Shown: in pieces, positions 59,287 to 64,000 of the stretch
Position numbering within the stretch: position 1 is the first letter of the stretch
Layout: each line of letters opens with the position of its first letter
NCBI GenBank assembly: GCA_902559885.1
Contig: CACEJU010000002.1
Span: 65,055-129,054, forward strand
Direction: 5' to 3'
Length of the DNA: 64,000 bases
From: an uncultured SAR86 cluster bacterium
Lineage (GTDB): Bacteria > Pseudomonadota > Gammaproteobacteria > Magnimaribacterales > D2472
Notes under the pieces: generated by a model
Told to the model about the DNA's origin: nothing
What the model saw: only the letters and a program-made list of their open reading frames with translations
The model's database searches: none
Translations under genes and position numbers: made by a program

Positions 59287-60181
59287 TTGTATGAAGTGCC
59301 TCATTGAGTTGTATAGGTTTTTTATTTGCTTTAGCTACAACTTTTCCAGTTTGGGAGTCTCTATAAAACAAAATATTAGATGAGCCTGCCAATTCTAATC
59401 CTTTTAATACAGAATCAATTTCATTCATTTCATTAAGTAAAGCAATTTTCGTTCCAGCTGTGAGATAAAGTCCAGCTTCCACTATACAATTATCACCTAA
59501 AGGAATGCCAAGCCCAGCATTTGCCCCAATCAATGAATTTTTTCCAAGAGAGATTTTAATATTATTGCCCCCAGATAGAGTTCCCATTGTGCTTGAGCCA
59601 CCACCTAAATCAGATCCATTGCCAATGATAACTCCGGCGGAAATTCTTCCTTCTATCATTGCAGACCCCATAGTTCCAGCATTAAAGTTAACAAATCCCT
59701 CATGCATTATTGTTGTTCCTTCAGAGAGATAAGCACCTAATCTTACTCTTGAAGCATCTGCAATTCTTACATTTTTAGGAATCACATAATCTGTAAGGCA
59801 AGGAAACTTATCAATTGATCTAACGTAAACATTTAGATTTTCTATCTTTGATTTTATTAATAGCTGATCAATCTCATCTATATCAACTGGACCAATATTT
59901 GTCCAAACTACATTTGGTAGAGCATTAAAAATACCATCTAAATTTATTGAGTTTGGCTTACAAAATTTATGTGATATGAGATGAAGTTTTAGATACGCAG
60001 ATTCAGTATCATTAATTGAGGCATCAAGATCGCTCTTATCCCATTCATAATTGATAAGGTTTTCATTATTTATATCTCTATTACCAAACTTTTCATCATT
60101 AAATTCAATATACGGAAAAGAAACATCAAGGATTTTACCTGACGATGATTTCCTTGGAATGCCTAATGCTTTAATTTTCAT
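59279..60181 (-). CDS. dapD: Tetrahydrodipicolinate N-succinyltransferase (long, Pseudomonas-type architecture)
   Basis: 300 aa with C-terminal hexapeptide-repeat beta-helix sequence (GAYLSEGTTIMHEGFVNFNAGTMG...GRISAGVIIGNGSDLGGG), downstream of glnD. Confidence 0.85.
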   Translation of the reverse strand: MKIKALGIPRKSSSGKILDVSFPYIEFNDEKFGNRDINNENLINYEWDKSDLDASINDTESAYLKLHLISHKFCKPNSINLDGIFNALPNVVWTNIGPVDIDEIDQLLIKSKIENLNVYVRSIDKFPCLTDYVIPKNVRIADASRVRLGAYLSEGTTIMHEGFVNFNAGTMGSAMIEGRISAGVIIGNGSDLGGGSSTMGTLSGGNNIKISLGKNSLIGANAGLGIPLGDNCIVEAGLYLTAGTKIALLNEMNEIDSVLKGLELAGSSNILFYRDSQTGKVVAKANKKPIQLNEALHTNE

Positions 60182-60211
60182 TGCGCTATTATATTCAAGT
60201 GTTGATCGTAT

Positions 60212-62704
60212 TTATATGATTTTTTCAATTGCAGTCGTAATTTTTTTTATTTTTGCTGCAGATATTGTAGACAATGTCATATCTTCTATTTCAAAAGTAT
60301 CTTCTACCTTATTTCCAAGTGTATTGATTCTAGCCGAATAGATAGATGTTCCATTTTTATAAAAAATCTCAGCAATTTTAACTAAAAGATCCGGTGAATC
60401 CGAGGTCTCAATCGTGATTAAATTCTTTTTATTATCAATATCTTCTGTTGAAGATATTTTGACTGGGACAGAAAAGTTTTTATTAAGCTTTTTAGATAAG
60501 GGTACTTTTTTATTTGGATTATAACTCTCAAAATTATTATTTAATTTTTGAGTTAAAATTTTAATATCTGCCAAGTTAGGCTCAAAATCATTAGACTTAT
60601 ATTTAGCAATAAATGTATTGAGAGCTAGATTGTTATCTATTGACGTAAAAATACTAGCATCTATGACATCTAGACCTGACTGAGATATAACTTTAACAAG
60701 TTTTAAAAAAAGACCATCAGCATTATCTACTTTTATAAAAATCTCTACAAAGTTGCCGTATTTTTTTTCACAATTAATAATGAATGCCTTATTTTTATTT
60801 CTAATAATTTCTTCGGAATGTTTCAACAATTTTTCAGAAGTAAATTTATTAAAATAGGCATCCTCAAAACCAGACCAGAAATCTTGTATGAATTTTTTAT
60901 CTTCAGGTTGAATAAGATTTAATAATTTATTTTTTCTCTCTAATGATGTTTCTTTTGAGTGAACTTGTTCAGTTTTACTCATCTGAGATCTTGTTAAAAG
61001 ATATAAATTTTTCAATAAATCATGCTTCCAGCCATTCCATACACTTGGGTTAGTAGCTCTCACATCATTTATCGTTAAAAGATATAAATAGTCTAAATGC
61101 AACAAGGAAGGTATATTTTTGGCAAAATCAGATATAGTTCTTGGATCATCAATATCTTTTTTTTGTGATACTGATGACATGGTTAGATGGTTTAAAACTA
61201 GCCAAGATATAAGATCAGCATCTATATTCGATAGACCAAGTCTTTTTGCAAACTTATAGCTTTGTACAGCACCAATTTCTGAATGATTTCCACCTTTACC
61301 TTTTCCTAGATCATGAAACAAACCAGAAATATATAAAAGTTCAATTTTTGGTAATTTTTTTGAAAGTTCATATTCTAGCTCGAAACCATCCTCATCATTA
61401 ATGGCAACTTGCCTCATATTTCTAACAACTTTTAATGTATGCTCATCAACAGTGTAAACATGAAAGAGATCAAATTGCATTTGGCCAAAGACCTCTCCAA
61501 ATTCAGGAATATATTTTTGTAATATCCCAATATTCTTCATATCTTTTAGAATTGTTGAGAGATGATATTTTGATTTTAGTATTTGAATGAATTTTTTTGC
61601 ATTTTCTTTATCTTTAAGAAAATCTTTATCAATTAGATAAGTAGAATTTTTTAAAAGAAGCCATGATGATGAATCAATTGATTGGTATTTTTTATATTTT
61701 CCTGTTTCAATAAATATATCGAAAATTAAACTCAAATTATCCTTAAGATCTTTCTTTTTAATTCCAATTTTATTATTAATAAAATAAAAATTTCCGGATG
61801 TTCTCTTAAAGCTAAAGAAAGTTTTTTCTCGAAAAGATTCATGAACAATGCTATTAAAATTTGAGAGGGTATTCGCATGTTGATAATAATTTTGCATCAT
61901 TTTTTCTACTGCTACTTTAGTGTTTTTTGTTTTTGGATAAATATTTTTTGCTAATTCAACTTGCACATCAAAAATTAATCTATTTTTGTTTGTTAAAAGA
62001 TTAGTTGCATATCTAAGTGACTTTATAAAGTCATAAGATTTATTTGCATTTATAAACTCATCTCTAAAAAAAGTAGATTTTTGTATTTGTTTTTTGCTTT
62101 TAAATCCAAAACAATAGCTCAAGATCCATAGAGCAGATTGAAAATCTCGCATTGATCCCGGTGACTCTTTAAGATCAGGCTCTAAGTTAAATGCAGTTGA
62201 ATTATATTTAGAAAGTCTATTTAAAAGCTCTAGATCTTTTGCACGAAAGAATTTCTTTTTATTCCATAGATTTTTTAGAGATGTATTCAATGATCTTTTG
62301 ATATCTTTATTTGATACTATCGAGCGTATTGTTAGGTAAGAAGTAAATTCCTGAGCATCTTTTGAGCAAAGATTTTTTACATCAGCTAAAGATCTAACAG
62401 AAGAGCCAGGCTTATAGCCGCTATCCCATAATTCTGTAATAAATTTTTCTAGTGATCTGTAATCAGGATTTTTATTATTTTTTATTATAGATATATCAAC
62501 GTCAGAGGATGGAAAAATTTCTTCTCTTCCATAGCCTCCTACAGCAAATAATGAGAAGTCAGTATTAAGGCCATATTTTCTGAATGTATCCAATAAACTT
62601 TGATCAAGTTTTTTTGTATTTTTAATTAAATAATTATCAGTTATTAACTTTTCTGAATTAATATTTTTAAGGTCTTTTAAGAAATCATCTTTCTGAAAGT
62701 TCAT
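60212..62704 (-). CDS. glnD: Bifunctional uridylyltransferase/uridylyl-removing enzyme GlnD
   Basis: 830 aa with the nucleotidyltransferase motif AVGGYGREEIFPSSDVDI, the HD domain motif GLFHDLGKG, and ACT-like C-terminal repeats. Confidence 0.92.
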   Translation of the reverse strand: MNFQKDDFLKDLKNINSEKLITDNYLIKNTKKLDQSLLDTFRKYGLNTDFSLFAVGGYGREEIFPSSDVDISIIKNNKNPDYRSLEKFITELWDSGYKPGSSVRSLADVKNLCSKDAQEFTSYLTIRSIVSNKDIKRSLNTSLKNLWNKKKFFRAKDLELLNRLSKYNSTAFNLEPDLKESPGSMRDFQSALWILSYCFGFKSKKQIQKSTFFRDEFINANKSYDFIKSLRYATNLLTNKNRLIFDVQVELAKNIYPKTKNTKVAVEKMMQNYYQHANTLSNFNSIVHESFREKTFFSFKRTSGNFYFINNKIGIKKKDLKDNLSLIFDIFIETGKYKKYQSIDSSSWLLLKNSTYLIDKDFLKDKENAKKFIQILKSKYHLSTILKDMKNIGILQKYIPEFGEVFGQMQFDLFHVYTVDEHTLKVVRNMRQVAINDEDGFELEYELSKKLPKIELLYISGLFHDLGKGKGGNHSEIGAVQSYKFAKRLGLSNIDADLISWLVLNHLTMSSVSQKKDIDDPRTISDFAKNIPSLLHLDYLYLLTINDVRATNPSVWNGWKHDLLKNLYLLTRSQMSKTEQVHSKETSLERKNKLLNLIQPEDKKFIQDFWSGFEDAYFNKFTSEKLLKHSEEIIRNKNKAFIINCEKKYGNFVEIFIKVDNADGLFLKLVKVISQSGLDVIDASIFTSIDNNLALNTFIAKYKSNDFEPNLADIKILTQKLNNNFESYNPNKKVPLSKKLNKNFSVPVKISSTEDIDNKKNLITIETSDSPDLLVKIAEIFYKNGTSIYSARINTLGNKVEDTFEIEDMTLSTISAAKIKKITTAIEKII

Positions 62705-63471
62705 AAAGATTCTTCTGATCTTTTTGTAAGAACATCTACACCGGAACTAGTAACGGCTAAAGTATGCTCCCACTGGGCAGAATTTCTTCCATCTTTTGTT
62801 TCAACGGTCCAGCCATCACCAAGGAGTTTCGTATATTTAGAGCCTTGATTAATCATTGGTTCTATCGTGAAACACATACCTTCTTTTAGCTCTATCCCAG
62901 TATTAGGCCTACCAAAATGCATTACCTGAGGCTCTTCGTGATAAATTTTTCCTATACCATGACCACAATAGTCTTCGACAACTGAATAATAATTCTTTTC
63001 AGCATGACTTTGAATAACATGTCCAATATCACCAAGAGTTACACCTGGTTTTACTATTTCAATAGCCTTATAAAGGCATTCTTGGGTAATTTTTACTAGC
63101 CTTTCATTATGTGGCTGACATTTTCCAACTAAAAACATTTTAGATGTATCACCATGCCATCCATCCTTAATAACAGTAACGTCAATATTTAGAATATCTC
63201 CATCTTTTAAAATTTTATTAGGACTTGGAATACCATGACAGATCACTTGATTTATGCTCGAACATATAGTTTTTTCATATCCTTTGTATCCAACATTTGC
63301 TGGAATAGCTTTCTGCTCTTTGGTAATAAAATCATAACAAATATCATCAAGCTCCCCAGTTGATATCCCGGGCTTTACAAAAGGAGTAATCATATCTAAA
63401 ACATCAGCAGCTAATTGACCTGCAATTTTCATTTGTGCAATATCTGATGGCGATTTTATTGAAATATTCAT
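62701..63471 (-). CDS. map: Methionine aminopeptidase, type I
   Basis: 256 aa with ICHGIP, NIDVTV, GHGIG, FTIEP and QWEHT. Has an ATGA overlap onto glnD. Confidence 0.95.
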   Translation of the reverse strand: MNISIKSPSDIAQMKIAGQLAADVLDMITPFVKPGISTGELDDICYDFITKEQKAIPANVGYKGYEKTICSSINQVICHGIPSPNKILKDGDILNIDVTVIKDGWHGDTSKMFLVGKCQPHNERLVKITQECLYKAIEIVKPGVTLGDIGHVIQSHAEKNYYSVVEDYCGHGIGKIYHEEPQVMHFGRPNTGIELKEGMCFTIEPMINQGSKYTKLLGDGWTVETKDGRNSAQWEHTLAVTSSGVDVLTKRSEESL

Positions 63472-63621
63472 TTTTTTTTCAAATTAATATAGACACGTGA
63501 ATGTAAAATCTATAAAGTACAATTTTAATGCAAGCAACAAAATTATGCTCATTAAAATCAAAAAATTCTATAAGAATTTCTTCTTATTTTTCTATATTTT
63601 TTAATCTTTTGGGTGATCACT

Positions 63622-64000
63622 CATGAGTTTTGGTGTAATTATAGCTCTTGAAGATGGAACAATACTAGAAGGCGATGGTTTTGGCATTGAAACAATAGAA
63701 GTTGGAGAAATAGTATTTAATACATCCATGACCGGCTATCAGGAAATCATTACTGACCCATCATATAAAGATCAAATAATAACCTTTACACATCCTCACA
63801 TAGGAAATACAGGTATAAATAATGAGGATAATGAATCTGATATGATTCATGCATCAGGTATTGTCATTAATGAATTATGCGATGAGCCTTCAAACTGGCG
63901 AGCAACCACAAATTTAGAAACTTTTCTTAAAAAAAATAATAAGATGGGTATAGCCGGTATTGATACGAGAAGCCTGACCTCGTTATTGAGAGAAAAGGGT
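63622..64000 (+). CDS. carA: Carbamoyl-phosphate synthase small subunit (5' part; continues past the window)
   Basis: Not in the ORF track because there is no stop in the window. ATG 63622 encodes MSFGVIIALEDGTILEGDGFG...VFNTSMTGYQEIITDPSY...GIDTRSLT. Confidence 0.92.

Noticed and set aside
1-64000. Window-wide look for CRISPR repeats, IS elements or transposases, integrases, toxin-antitoxin or defence cassettes, tRNA or rRNA genes, and riboswitches.
   Set aside because: None was found. Every gap longer than 50 nt was read on both strands, and the only RNA gene is ssrA. ratA is annotated in some databases as a toxin, but here it sits in its conserved housekeeping context with rnfH.

Overview
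This is an AT-rich, very gene-dense piece of core chromosome from a gammaproteobacterium. Gene order resembles E. coli and Pseudomonas, and the compaction suggests a streamlined, probably marine low-GC lineage; the exact taxon cannot be established from the sequence alone. I call about 75 protein genes, one tmRNA and a few promoter or leader elements.

Gene content in order:
- End of the spc operon and the alpha operon (rplE' to rplQ, including an untracked rpmJ).
- uvrA<>ssb, two crotonase-family genes, an OYE flavin reductase, and ispB-fabA-fabB.
- rplU-rpmA-obg, rpsT, smpB-ssrA, and ratA-rnfH/bamE/fur.
- grpE-dnaK-dnaJ-dapB.
- The long conserved run rpsB-tsf-pyrH-frr-uppS-cdsA-dxr-rseP-bamA-skp-lpxD-fabZ-lpxA-lpxB-rnhB-dnaE-accA-tilS.
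- leuA, holD-like/rimI, gpx, elaA, valS, pepA<>lptFG, a POT transporter, dapE-dapD-glnD-map, and the start of carA.

I see no transposases, integrases, CRISPR arrays, defence or toxin cassettes, or any accessory island. I do not think this window holds a novel multi-gene system. The points worth a second look are gene-level oddities:
- valS lacks its whole C-terminal region.
- ispB has its catalytic N-terminus upstream of any canonical start codon.
- S2 carries a roughly 90-residue acidic tail behind a structured leader.
- All nine convergent gene pairs abut or overlap at their stops, leaving no room for terminators.
- A 37-kb block bounded by rpsB and map sits between dapB and carA.
- A U-rich upstream ORF is coupled to the carA start.

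All calls rest on reading the translations and sequence by eye. No searches were run.
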